Shown here piece by piece: positions 10,281-19,459 of a stretch of 64,000 nt of DNA; the first letter of the stretch is position 1, and every line of letters begins with the position of its first letter. The notes under the pieces are model-generated. The model saw nothing but the letters and a program-made list of their open reading frames with translations. It ran no database searches and was not told the origin of the DNA. The stretch is taken from assembly GCA_964510515.1 (NCBI GenBank), contig CAZEAU010000008.1:5379-69378 (forward strand). Direction: 5' to 3'. This DNA is from an uncultured Actinomycetota bacterium (GTDB lineage Bacteria > Actinomycetota > Geothermincolia > Geothermincolales > RBG-13-55-18). Both the position numbers and the translations under genes were made by a program.

Positions 10281-10309
10281 TTGTGTATAAGTTAAGCATG
10301 TTATATAAT
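10281..10309 (+). promoter_or_regulatory. Sigma70-like promoter: TTGTGT - N17 - TATAAT
   Basis: -35 TTGTGT at 10281-10286, a 17-nt spacer, then -10 TATAAT at 10304-10309. The first ATG of the ThiF frame (10316) lies 6-7 nt downstream, which implies a leaderless mRNA. Confidence 0.4.
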
Positions 10310-10315
10310 TCTTTC

Positions 10316-11152
10316 ATGCACGTAGACATCGCCGCCGCCATAAAGGAGCTGTCGTCCCCGAGTGAGGAGGGAGAGCCTCTGCTCATCGGGCTCGGCGCTG
10401 TCCGCCGCCTCGCCGCCGAGAGCGGGATGTCCCCCCTCGAGGTCGAGCGCGCCGCGCTGGATTGCGGCATCGTCCCCACCCGCTACCGGCTCAACACGGG
10501 CACCATCGGCATGGAGGGCCAGCTCAGACTGCTCCTCTCCCACGTGGGCATATGCGGCCTGGGGGGGCTCGGGGGGCATGTGGCGGAGGCGCTGGCGCGC
10601 TTCGGGGTCGGTCATCTCGTCCTCGCCGACGGGGACGTGTTCGAGGAGAGCAATCTCAACCGGCAGGCGCTGTGCACCGAGGCCGTGCTGGGCCGCCCCA
10701 AGGTGGAGGCGGCGGCGGAGCGCATAGCGGCCGTCAATTCCTCTCTGGTGGTGACGGCGCATCGGCGCTTCGTCGGCGCCGCCGATATCCCCGAGGTCTT
10801 TGCAGGCACCGACCTGGTCATCGACGCCCTGGATAACGTGCCCTCGCGCCTGGCGCTCGAGCGCGGCTGCGCCGAGCTGGGCATCCCGCTGGTGCACGGG
10901 GCCATCGCCGGCAACTCGGGGCAGGTGATGACGGTGCTCCCCGGCGACCCCGGACTCGCGGCCATCTACGGTGGCGGCGGGGACAGCGGCGTGGAGGCGC
11001 TCGAGGGCAACCCTCCCCCCACGCCGGCCCTCGTCGCCTCGCTGCAGGCGGTCGAGGCGGTCAAGGTCATATGCGGCGGGGAGCTCCTGCGCGGCGGGTT
11101 CCTGCTCCTGGACACCGCCGCCAACCTCTATCAGTTCATCCCCCTGAAGTAG
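10316..11152 (+). CDS. ThiF/MoeB/HesA-family E1-like adenylyltransferase
   Basis: GICGLGGLGGHVAEALARFGVGHLVLADGDVFEESNLNRQ Rossmann/ATP motif. The ORF track gives an upstream GTG start (10283), but the promoter places the start at ATG 10316 or 10298. Confidence 0.7.
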   Translation: MHVDIAAAIKELSSPSEEGEPLLIGLGAVRRLAAESGMSPLEVERAALDCGIVPTRYRLNTGTIGMEGQLRLLLSHVGICGLGGLGGHVAEALARFGVGHLVLADGDVFEESNLNRQALCTEAVLGRPKVEAAAERIAAVNSSLVVTAHRRFVGAADIPEVFAGTDLVIDALDNVPSRLALERGCAELGIPLVHGAIAGNSGQVMTVLPGDPGLAAIYGGGGDSGVEALEGNPPPTPALVASLQAVEAVKVICGGELLRGGFLLLDTAANLYQFIPLK

Positions 11153-11237
11153 GGCGGGCGGTCCCCCCGGAGCCCGCGGGGGCGGGCCTCGCTCCCGCGG
11201 CGGCGGCCGCGGTCCGCCCCTCCGGAAAGGACAGGCC

Positions 11238-11960
11238 ATGATCAGGCTCTCCGGCCGTTCATCGCGTTTCTACCTGGTCATCTCCATCGCCTCGGCGGCG
11301 CTCGCGGCCCTGTGTCTCCTCACCTATCTGCAGAGCCTGCGCTCCCGCCTGGCGGAAAGCGGGCGGCTGGTGGGCCTGGTCGTGGCGGCAAGGGACCTGG
11401 GGGCGGGGGAGGTCCTCGACCCCTCCTGCCTGGAGATGGTCGATTTCCCGGACGTTTACCTGCTGCCGGGGACCTTCAGCGACACCCTGGAGGTCGCCGG
11501 GGCCGCGCTGCGTTGCGCCATGAGGGCGGGCGAACCGCTACTCGAGAGCTGCCTGCTGAGGCGCGGCGACGGGCTCGCGCGGCAGTCTCTGGACGGGGGC
11601 TTCCGCGCCTACGCGCTGCCCGCATCCGCGGTGGCCTTCCCCGCGGGCGAGCTGCCCGCCGGCAGCCGGGTCGATCTCCTGGCCGTGCGCGCGGAGGTCG
11701 CCTCCCCCCTGCTGGAGAACATCGAGGTGCTGTGCGTGTACGGGGACGGCCGCTGGGCGGGGGAGGGCGCCGCGGGGGCGGCCGTGGGAGACCGCGCGGA
11801 CGCATGCATCCTCCTGCAGGTCACCAGCGAGGAGGCCTGCCGCCTGGCGGCGGCCAGGGAGGAGGGGGCGGTGGAGCTGCTCCTGCGCCCCGGGGGCGGC
11901 GCGCAAGCAGGGGGGGACGACCCCCTCGAGGTTCAACCTCCCGGGCCCGCACGCCGATAG
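11238..11960 (+). CDS. CpaB/RcpC-like SAF-domain protein (Flp-pilus assembly family)
   Basis: N-terminal signal anchor, then VVAARDLGAGEVLD .. GEPLLESCL .. RVDLLAV .. LLENIEVLCV, the pattern typical of CpaB SAF plus beta-sandwich. No other tad genes in the window. Confidence 0.55.
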   Translation: MIRLSGRSSRFYLVISIASAALAALCLLTYLQSLRSRLAESGRLVGLVVAARDLGAGEVLDPSCLEMVDFPDVYLLPGTFSDTLEVAGAALRCAMRAGEPLLESCLLRRGDGLARQSLDGGFRAYALPASAVAFPAGELPAGSRVDLLAVRAEVASPLLENIEVLCVYGDGRWAGEGAAGAAVGDRADACILLQVTSEEACRLAAAREEGAVELLLRPGGGAQAGGDDPLEVQPPGPARR

Positions 11961-11997
11961 TTGAAGCGCGCTATGCGCTTACGCGAAAGGAAGGGCC

Positions 11998-13464
11998 ATG
12001 GGAGACAAGGGACATCTGCTCCTGGCGGACGACAACAAGCTGGTGGTCAAGGTCACCGGCTCCATACTGGAACGGGCCGGCTACCGGGTCGACGTCGCCT
12101 GGGACGGGATCGAGGCCGCGGTCAAGGCCTTTTCCCTCCTGCCCGACCTCTTGGTCCTCGACGTGGAAATGCCCAGGATAAAAGGCTATCAGGTCTGCCG
12201 CCTGCTCAAGGAGGACCAGCTCACGTCGTGGATGCCGGTGATCATGCTCACGGGCAGGGAACACCAGAGCGACATGTTCTGGGGCCTCAAGGCGGGAGCC
12301 GACGCCTATATCACCAAGGGCTTCAGGCCCGAGCACCTGCTCGAGAAGGTGGACGAACTCCTCTCCCGGGCCCCGGGCTACACGGAGGAACGCGAGCTCT
12401 CCCGCAAGAGGAAAAAGGAGGTCAGCGAGGACTACGTCATCGACAAGATAACCGACCTCCTCGACCGTAAGCTCTACGAGACCACCATACACAACGACAT
12501 CGCCTCGCTCTCGAGCTCGCTCCAGGATTTCTCCGAGACCCTGAAATCGGTGTTCGAGTTCCTGGCCAGGCTCTTCAACTACAACGCGGCAGCCGTGCTC
12601 TTCCTCGACGAGCAGGAGATGTATATCTTCAACAACCGCAGCCCTTCCCGGCAGATGCAGGACGAGCTGGAGCGGGAGGCCATGCGCACGGCGACCGGCT
12701 ATGCCTGGAAGGTCGACGACCCGGACATGGTCAGGCGGGTGCTCCTCGACCCGGAACGCCCCGCGGACCCCGGGGACATGCAGGTGGGGCAGGAATACGT
12801 GCATATACCCCTGACCGCCCACAAGGAGGTGATGGGGGTGTTGGTGGCCGCCGGGCCGCCCTCCCCCGCCTTCCGGCGCGACGCGCCCGGCATCCTCAAC
12901 CTGGTCAACAACGAGCTGAGCATGATCCTGGACAACGCCCGCCTCTACGAGGGAGCCAAGCGCATGGCCATCACCGACGGCTTGACCAGGATATACAACC
13001 ACCGCTTCTTCCAGGAACTGCTGGAAAAGGAGTTCAAGCGCGCCTGCCGCTACAACACCATCTTCTCGCTCATCATGCTGGACATCGATTTCTTCAAACG
13101 CATCAACGACACCTACGGTCACCTCTTCGGCGACGAGATGCTCAAGCAGATGGCGGGGCTGGTGAAAGGTTGCTTGAGGGCCATGGACATACTGGCGCGC
13201 TACGGCGGCGAGGAGTTCGCCATACTGCTCCCGGAAACGGACCTCGAGGACGCGGTGTTCACCGCGGACCGCATACGCATGGCGGTCGAGAACCACGACT
13301 TCTCGCTCGCCGGGGAAGAATCCGTCCGGGTCACCGTGAGCCAGGGGGTTACGTCTTTCCCCTCGCCCGGCATCGAGACGCGCTCGGACATCGTGGCCAA
13401 GGCGGATGCCGCCCTCTACGAGGCCAAGGGGGCGGGGCGCAACTGCGTGCGCGAGAGGGTATAG
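11998..13464 (+). CDS. Response regulator - GAF-like - GGDEF diguanylate cyclase
   Basis: Receiver (LLADDNKLV .. LVLDVEMPRIKG), a middle GAF-like region, and GGDEF with RYGGEEF active site and inhibitory-site-like RxxD. Confidence 0.85.
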   Translation: MGDKGHLLLADDNKLVVKVTGSILERAGYRVDVAWDGIEAAVKAFSLLPDLLVLDVEMPRIKGYQVCRLLKEDQLTSWMPVIMLTGREHQSDMFWGLKAGADAYITKGFRPEHLLEKVDELLSRAPGYTEERELSRKRKKEVSEDYVIDKITDLLDRKLYETTIHNDIASLSSSLQDFSETLKSVFEFLARLFNYNAAAVLFLDEQEMYIFNNRSPSRQMQDELEREAMRTATGYAWKVDDPDMVRRVLLDPERPADPGDMQVGQEYVHIPLTAHKEVMGVLVAAGPPSPAFRRDAPGILNLVNNELSMILDNARLYEGAKRMAITDGLTRIYNHRFFQELLEKEFKRACRYNTIFSLIMLDIDFFKRINDTYGHLFGDEMLKQMAGLVKGCLRAMDILARYGGEEFAILLPETDLEDAVFTADRIRMAVENHDFSLAGEESVRVTVSQGVTSFPSPGIETRSDIVAKADAALYEAKGAGRNCVRERV

Positions 13465-13528
13465 CGAACCGCGAGCCCGGCCGGGCGGCCTGCGCCCGCG
13501 CTGGCGGCGGGCGCAGGCTCCGTTTCCC

Positions 13529-14935
13529 TCAACCGCTGCGCAGCGTGCGCCAGAGGTTCAACCCGCTGTCCACCGCCATCTCCGTGCCCACACCCCGACC
13601 GCCCGCGTCGGCCCCCACCAGGTAGAGGCCCTCGACCGGGGTAACGCTCGAGGGGCGCTTGTCGCCCACCTGATGGCGGTTCTGGGCCACCCCGATGACC
13701 TCTCCCGTCCACCTGCCGGAGATCTCGGCGACATAACTGATATCGGTGCGTATCTTCCAGATCACGTGCTTTTCGATGTCCGGATAGAGGTCCTGCACGG
13801 TGTTCTCCATGCGGTCGAGCAACTCATTGCAGATCGCCGCGGACTGTTCGGGATCCTCCAGGCTGGGGGGGGCCAGGGAGCCCGCCAGCACCAGCTGGCA
13901 TCCGGGAGGAGCCAGGGAGGGGTCCGCGATGGAGGGCACGGGCAGAAAGATGGGGGCCTGCCTTTCCATCATCTCCGCATCGCTGAAATCGGGGAAATAG
14001 CACGCCAGGTGGTCCTTTATCAGCTCGGCGTCCAGGGCGTACTTCACGCTCACCGCCCCGAAGGAAAGCCGCAGCCCGTCCACCATGGAGAGGTAGTCGT
14101 CGGAGAAGTTGTGCCTCCCGGCCAAGGCCACCGTCTCCTTGATGCCGTTGTTGCTGATGACGATGTCCGCGGGGATGAACCCGCCCGCCTCGACCCCCCT
14201 CACCTTGCCGCCCTCGACGACGATACGCTCCACCGGGGTGGAGTAGCGCAGCTCTCCCCCCAGCGACTGCATGGCGTCCAGGAAGGCCATGGGCACGGAG
14301 CGCATGCCGCCCACGGGGTAGCTGAGGCTTTTCTGCTTGGTCTGGGTGGAGAAGCAATAGATGAACTCCCCCGTGGAGGCCGCCCTGCGGGAGACGCACA
14401 TGTACATGCCGGTGAACCCGTCCAGGAGGCGGTTGAGCTGATCGTCATCGACGAAGCGGGCCATGTACTCGGCCAGGGACACCTCGTCGAGGGCCTGCAG
14501 CTCCTGCGGAGTGCGCTCCCGCGAGAGGTCCCTGAGCAGGGTCCGGGCGCCCTCACGGTTCTCGGGAAGGACCCCTATCTCCTCGAGAAGCTTGTCCAGG
14601 ACCTCGTCCTCGTCTAGCGTCTGAGATATCACCGCGGTGCGTCCGCCCGTGGTGAACACCATCGCCGTATCCATGACCACGAAAGAGAGCTCCGCGCCCA
14701 CGATGTTCGCGACCTCTCCCATGGGCCCCTTCTCCCCCCGGGCCAGCCAGTGCACGCCGGTGTCGTAGATGAAGCCGTCGCGCTCGAAACTCGCCCCCTT
14801 GCCTCCCGGATAGCTGTTCCTCTCCAGGACGGTGACCTTCGCCCCTTCCTTGGCGAGGAGCGGCGCCACGCTCGCGCCGCCCATCCCCGTGCCGATGACC
14901 ACGACCTTACTGCCCTTCAAAGTACCTGCCACCAT
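13529..14935 (-). CDS. FAD-dependent oxidoreductase, phytoene-desaturase (CrtI) family
   Basis: MVAGTLKGSKVVVIGTGMGGASVA .. ERNSYPGGK dinucleotide motif. Length and C-terminal blocks fit the CrtI family. The ORF-track start 15139 is trimmed to ATG 14935. Confidence 0.7.
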   Translation of the reverse strand: MVAGTLKGSKVVVIGTGMGGASVAPLLAKEGAKVTVLERNSYPGGKGASFERDGFIYDTGVHWLARGEKGPMGEVANIVGAELSFVVMDTAMVFTTGGRTAVISQTLDEDEVLDKLLEEIGVLPENREGARTLLRDLSRERTPQELQALDEVSLAEYMARFVDDDQLNRLLDGFTGMYMCVSRRAASTGEFIYCFSTQTKQKSLSYPVGGMRSVPMAFLDAMQSLGGELRYSTPVERIVVEGGKVRGVEAGGFIPADIVISNNGIKETVALAGRHNFSDDYLSMVDGLRLSFGAVSVKYALDAELIKDHLACYFPDFSDAEMMERQAPIFLPVPSIADPSLAPPGCQLVLAGSLAPPSLEDPEQSAAICNELLDRMENTVQDLYPDIEKHVIWKIRTDISYVAEISGRWTGEVIGVAQNRHQVGDKRPSSVTPVEGLYLVGADAGGRGVGTEMAVDSGLNLWRTLRSG

Positions 14936-15382
14936 GCCACCTCCTGGTCTGCCGCCTCGCCTCCTCGGTCCTGTCCGGGGCCGAATCCGGGTGCCGGAAT
15001 CAACCCACAAGCGCCCCCCGCGCCTGAGCGGGCGGGCGATCAAAAAGTAGAAACCCAAGATACCTTTGGGGCCGCCGGACCGGGGCCCGACGTTTTCTAC
15101 TCGGCATCCTGGGTTCCTACCAACGTTCCGGACGCGCAAGTCCCAAAAGCGCTTCAGTTCAGGTTTTCCCCCGATTCCAGCCGGAACGCCTCAATCATAT
15201 CATTCTCTTTTCGAGTGTCAATAGGGTGGGGGGTAATATTCTCGAAAATGTCCTTTGTGTACCAATATATACCATTTCATCGCCCCCTCCCGTTCTCCCT
15301 CTACGCCGCCGCCGGCGGCGGGCAGACCCCCGCCTTCTGCTATTATGTATTGGTGAGGAGGAGGGATGGAAGAGGAGGTACG

Positions 15383-16300
15383 ATGGCCATGTGGAACGTC
15401 AAGGGCTGCCTGATCCCACTGGTGACCACCTTCGCCGCCGACGGCGGTCTGGATGAGCAGGCCTTGAGGAACCTGGTGGATTACCTCATCGAGGAACAGG
15501 CCGCCGATGCCATCATCCCCTGCGGCACCACGGGTGAATCTCCCACCCTCAGCCACCGGGAGCACATGAAGGTCATCGAGGTGGTGCAGGAGCAGACGGC
15601 GGGGAGGGTGCCGGTCATCGCCGGCACCGGGAGCAACAGCACCACCGAGGCCATCGAGCTGACCGTCGCCGCCGAGAAACTCGGCGTGGACGGGAGCCTG
15701 CAGGTCTGCCCCTATTACAACCGCCCCACCCAGGAGGGTATTTACGCGCATTACCGGGCCGTCGCCGAGAGCACCTCCCTCCCGCTCATCCTCTACAACA
15801 TCCCCGCCAGGACGGGGAGGAACATCGAGGTGGAGACCATGCTGCGCCTCGCGCAGATGGAGAACGTGGTAGGGGTCAAAGAGGCCAGCGGGAACATCCT
15901 GCAGGTGAACGCGATAATCGAGGAGATGCGCAGGGCGGGGAGGGACTTCTTCGTCTATTCCGGCGAGGACCAGTTGACCTTCCAGGTGCTCTGCCTCGGC
16001 GGTCACGGCTGCATAGCGGCGGTCGGCCACGTGCTGGGCAGGGAGTTCGGCCGCATGTGCAGGCTGGCTTGGGAGGGCCGGGTGGAGGAGGCGCGCGAAC
16101 TGCATTTCCGCGTCATGCCCCTGGTGCGCGCCCTCTTCTGCGAGCCCAACCCCACCGCCATCAAGCAGGCCTTGAATTGGATGGGGGTGGCGGTCGGCGG
16201 CCTGCGCCTCCCGCTGCTTCCCCTCACGCACGAGGGCAGGGAGACCCTGCGCCGTGCGCTTATCGCTTTGGGGAAAGCGTCCGCCGAGGACTGCACCTGA
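15383..16300 (+). CDS. DapA-family aldolase (4-hydroxy-tetrahydrodipicolinate synthase-like)
   Basis: CGTTGES, ILYNIPARTG and VGVKEASGN blocks. RBS AGGAGG 5 nt before ATG 15383. No dapB adjacent, so the exact substrate is uncertain. Confidence 0.7.
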   Translation: MAMWNVKGCLIPLVTTFAADGGLDEQALRNLVDYLIEEQAADAIIPCGTTGESPTLSHREHMKVIEVVQEQTAGRVPVIAGTGSNSTTEAIELTVAAEKLGVDGSLQVCPYYNRPTQEGIYAHYRAVAESTSLPLILYNIPARTGRNIEVETMLRLAQMENVVGVKEASGNILQVNAIIEEMRRAGRDFFVYSGEDQLTFQVLCLGGHGCIAAVGHVLGREFGRMCRLAWEGRVEEARELHFRVMPLVRALFCEPNPTAIKQALNWMGVAVGGLRLPLLPLTHEGRETLRRALIALGKASAEDCT

Positions 16301-16403
16301 GGGTGCGGAGAGATGCGCGCCGCAGACGGTGCGGTCGCGGGACGCGAGAGGCGACAGGAGCGCCGCCGGAGGCGGCGCATGGATAAAGAGAGAGGTGGGC
16401 AAG

Positions 16404-16673
16404 ATGTGTCGGGAAGGCATAGACCTGGTCACCCTGAAAGTGGCCTTGAAACACAGCGCAGACCGCCTTGAGCAGGAGATGACCCACCTGCGCCAGTGGT
16501 CGGCCCTGGCCGCGAACGTCAACCTGGACTCGGTCTCCTCGCGCCTGCGGGGGGCCCTGGACGCGGTCACCGGGGGAGAGGAGCTGGTCAACGCCTGCGT
16601 GCGCGACCTCTCGGACCGGCAGGTGCGGGGCCCCCACGCGGCGGGGTCGGGGGTCACCATCACCCCCATGTAG
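16404..16673 (+). CDS. Hypothetical protein (89 aa)
   Basis: ATG after GAGAGGTGGG. GC3-rich clean frame with no recognisable domain. Convergent with the MoaD-like gene. Confidence 0.3.
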   Translation: MCREGIDLVTLKVALKHSADRLEQEMTHLRQWSALAANVNLDSVSSRLRGALDAVTGGEELVNACVRDLSDRQVRGPHAAGSGVTITPM

Positions 16674-16681
16674 GCGGCGGG

Positions 16682-16930
16682 CTAACCTCCCGCTACCGGC
16701 GGGTAGAGGGAGACCTCGTCGGCGGGCCGGAGCCGGGTCCTCCGGCCCTTGAGGTAATTTATATTACGCCCATTCACCAGCACGATGCAGTGCCTGGTGT
16801 AGGCAGATACCTTGCCGCCGTACCTCCTCTCCACCTCCTTGAGCACCGCTCCCACCGTCTTCTGGTCGGTCTCATATCCCGACTCGCCGGTCGCCTTGCG
16901 CAGCAGGGTGAAGAACTTTACCGTGGCCAT
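16682..16930 (-). CDS. MoaD/ThiS-family ubiquitin-like sulfur-carrier protein
   Basis: 82 aa, MATVKFFTLLRKATGE .. ends in the GG C-terminus. Lies directly downstream of AOR in the same orientation. Confidence 0.7.
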   Translation of the reverse strand: MATVKFFTLLRKATGESGYETDQKTVGAVLKEVERRYGGKVSAYTRHCIVLVNGRNINYLKGRRTRLRPADEVSLYPPVAGG

Positions 16931-17080
16931 CCGTTTCCTTTCGCATCGCGTTCTCGCGGGCTTGCTGCTCGTGGGGCGCCCGCGCCGCCTTCCTTCCCTT
17001 GCGCAGGCATGCCGCGGGACCCCGCCAAGGTCCAGCGGGCAGCATCCCGCGGGCACGCCGCGCCGCGCGCGCTTGCCGCT

Positions 17081-19147
17081 TTACCCGTGCAGCGCCGCGG
17101 CGACGTCCGCGAGGCCCAGTCCCTCCAGGCAGTCGCGGCTGGGGCGGCCCCGGTCGTCTATATCGCGGAGGCGATAGAAGTCCTCGATCATCTCGTCGAA
17201 GGCCACCGTCTTGCGCTGCATCTCCCCCGCGTCCCCCGCCGCCAGCTTTTTGCGCTTCCCCGAGAAGCCGGGCAGGTAGTTCAGCGAGACGAGTATCTTG
17301 TCCATGTGGGGATAGAGGTACTTGTTGAGGATATTGGTGGTGGTCTTGGTGAAGCCCTCGAACCTCAGCTTCTGCAGCGGCGCCAGCGACATGAACTGCG
17401 GATAGACCGCCGTGAGCAGCCCCGAGGTTGAGCCCTCGGGGTGGGGCTCGAGGATGCGCGCGGGCAGGCGGTCGTGCTCGCGTGTCGCGCCCATGAGGTT
17501 GCCCAAGGCGCGCTTGATGTACCAGATGCGGTCCCCCACCCGGCACAGTTCATCCGGATCGTAGCCGAAGCCGGTGAGGGAGTTGAGCATCATAGCCATG
17601 TCCTGCAAGGTCCCTCCCGCGGACCCCCAGGCGAACTGGCAGATGACCGCGGAGTTGGCGATCACGCCCTTCCTCTGGCTGGTGACGGTCTGGGCGGCCT
17701 TGCCCTTGGCCCGGTAGGGCCATGTCCGCTTGGTCTTCACATCGTTGTGGTTGGAAACGCCCAGCTCCACGTAGAGGTTGGCGTCGGCGCAGTGGCAGGC
17801 CCCCCGTATGGAGGTGGCGTAGGTGAGCGCCATCCCCCACAGCGCGCGGGGGTCGTGCATGGGGCACTCCAGCCCCTTGACGTGTATGGCCATCTCCTTG
17901 CCGCCATACTTCTCGGACATGGCCCGTGAGCCTTCGGCGAGGTCGTTTCCGAACCCCTCGCGCCGCGCCGTCTTCTCGACCAGGTCGAGGAGAACGTCAG
18001 GCTGACCCCAGCCCAGCTTTATGCCCCCGGTGTCCTTCTCCGTGATCAGCCCCGCCTCGAAGGCCTCGGTGGCGTAGGCGAGGGTGGACCCGCAGGAGAT
18101 GGTATCCATGCCCAGGCGGTTGCAGAGCTCGTTGGCCTTGTGGTTGGCCTCACGGCTGTCCATGATATGCAGGGTGCCCAGGGCCGCCGCGGCCTCGTAT
18201 TCCGATCCCGGCCCCTCCTCCAGGGCATAGGGACCCGATTTTACCTCCACGATGCGCTTGCAGGAGATGGGGCAGGCGTAACAGGAGTGGTTCTTGGTGA
18301 GTATGCTCTCCGCCACCGCGGTGCCCCCCAGCTCCTCCGGCCCCTTGCTCCAATAGGCCTGGCGCCAGTTCTTGGTGGGGACGTCGCCGATGGCCATGCC
18401 GTATTCCATGTGCACGTTGGACCCGTAGGCGCGAAAACCGTCCGCCACCAGGCTGAACTTGAGTATCTCGTTCATGGTCTCGCGCGCCTTTTTAAAAGCC
18501 TCCTCGTCCGCCACGGGGGGCTTCTTGTTGCCCCGCACCACCACCGCCTTGAGCTTCTTGGAGCCCATCACCGCTCCCATGCCGCATCTCCCCGAGGTGG
18601 AGCCGCGGTCGTTCATGACGTTGGCGTACCTGACCAGGTTCTCGCCCGCGGGCCCGATGGAGATGACCTGGGCGCGCTTCTCCCCCACCTCCTGCCTGAG
18701 CAGCCCCTCCATCTCGTAGTTGTCCTTGCCCCAGAGGTGGGAAGCGTCCCTGATCTCCACTTTCTTATCGGTGACGTACAGATAGACCGGCTTCTCGGAG
18801 GCGCCGGTGACGACGATGCCGTCATAGCCCGTGCGCTTCAGCTGGGGGGAGAAATGGCCCCCCATGGAGGCCTCGCCCCAGATACCGGTGAGCGGCGAGC
18901 GGGCGCAGATCTCCAGGCGCGAGACCCCGGGCAGAGAGGTGCCCGAGAGCGGACCGTTCATGATCATCAAGATACTCTGCGGCGAAAGCGGGTCGTTTTT
19001 CCAGCCCTGCCTGTCGAAAAACAGCTTGGCGGCCAGCCCGCTCCCGCCCAGGAAATCGCGGTAGAGCTTCTCCTCCAGCTCGAGATCCTGCGTGGTGCCG
19101 GCGGTGAGGTCCACCTCGAGCACCTTTCCCCAGTTTCCTCCCATCAT
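17081..19147 (-). CDS. aor: Aldehyde:ferredoxin oxidoreductase (tungsten/pterin AOR family)
   Basis: 688 aa. N-terminal AOR_N block (WGKVLEVDLT .. GGSGLAAKL), EXXH-type pterin/Fe-S ligands, and multiple conserved Cys (CGMGA .. CYACPISC). Confidence 0.9.
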   Translation of the reverse strand: MMGGNWGKVLEVDLTAGTTQDLELEEKLYRDFLGGSGLAAKLFFDRQGWKNDPLSPQSILMIMNGPLSGTSLPGVSRLEICARSPLTGIWGEASMGGHFSPQLKRTGYDGIVVTGASEKPVYLYVTDKKVEIRDASHLWGKDNYEMEGLLRQEVGEKRAQVISIGPAGENLVRYANVMNDRGSTSGRCGMGAVMGSKKLKAVVVRGNKKPPVADEEAFKKARETMNEILKFSLVADGFRAYGSNVHMEYGMAIGDVPTKNWRQAYWSKGPEELGGTAVAESILTKNHSCYACPISCKRIVEVKSGPYALEEGPGSEYEAAAALGTLHIMDSREANHKANELCNRLGMDTISCGSTLAYATEAFEAGLITEKDTGGIKLGWGQPDVLLDLVEKTARREGFGNDLAEGSRAMSEKYGGKEMAIHVKGLECPMHDPRALWGMALTYATSIRGACHCADANLYVELGVSNHNDVKTKRTWPYRAKGKAAQTVTSQRKGVIANSAVICQFAWGSAGGTLQDMAMMLNSLTGFGYDPDELCRVGDRIWYIKRALGNLMGATREHDRLPARILEPHPEGSTSGLLTAVYPQFMSLAPLQKLRFEGFTKTTTNILNKYLYPHMDKILVSLNYLPGFSGKRKKLAAGDAGEMQRKTVAFDEMIEDFYRLRDIDDRGRPSRDCLEGLGLADVAAALHG

Positions 19148-19459
19148 GGCGACTACTCCCCTCCCTGGTTTCCAGCCAGTCCCGATCGCGGGTCAAGCGA
19201 CCCCGTTTCTGAGCTCTATCGACCTCCTCCCGCACAGGCGGCCCGCGCTCTTGATGCTCCTCTATTTGCTGTCCCAAGCAAGAATATTATAGCAGAGCCT
19301 GGCGGGGGCCTCGTCCGCCTGCGGCGCGGAGCGGGGGCCGGGCGGGCTTTATGCCGCAAGCCGCCCCCCGGCGGCGCGGCCGCCGCGCGGCACATGGGGG
19401 CTTCAGGCGCTCGCGGGGTCGCCGTCGCCGGGGGGGGCGACAGAAACCCCCCGCGGGGG

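Noticed and set aside
8683-10479. 598-aa minus-strand ORF
   Set aside because: Antisense of the NMO gene and the ThiF upstream region. Gly/Arg/Pro-rich frame artefact.
11971-13296. 441-aa minus-strand ORF
   Set aside because: Antisense of the REC-GGDEF gene.
15218-16669. 483-aa minus-strand ORF
   Set aside because: Antisense of dapA and the small downstream ORF.
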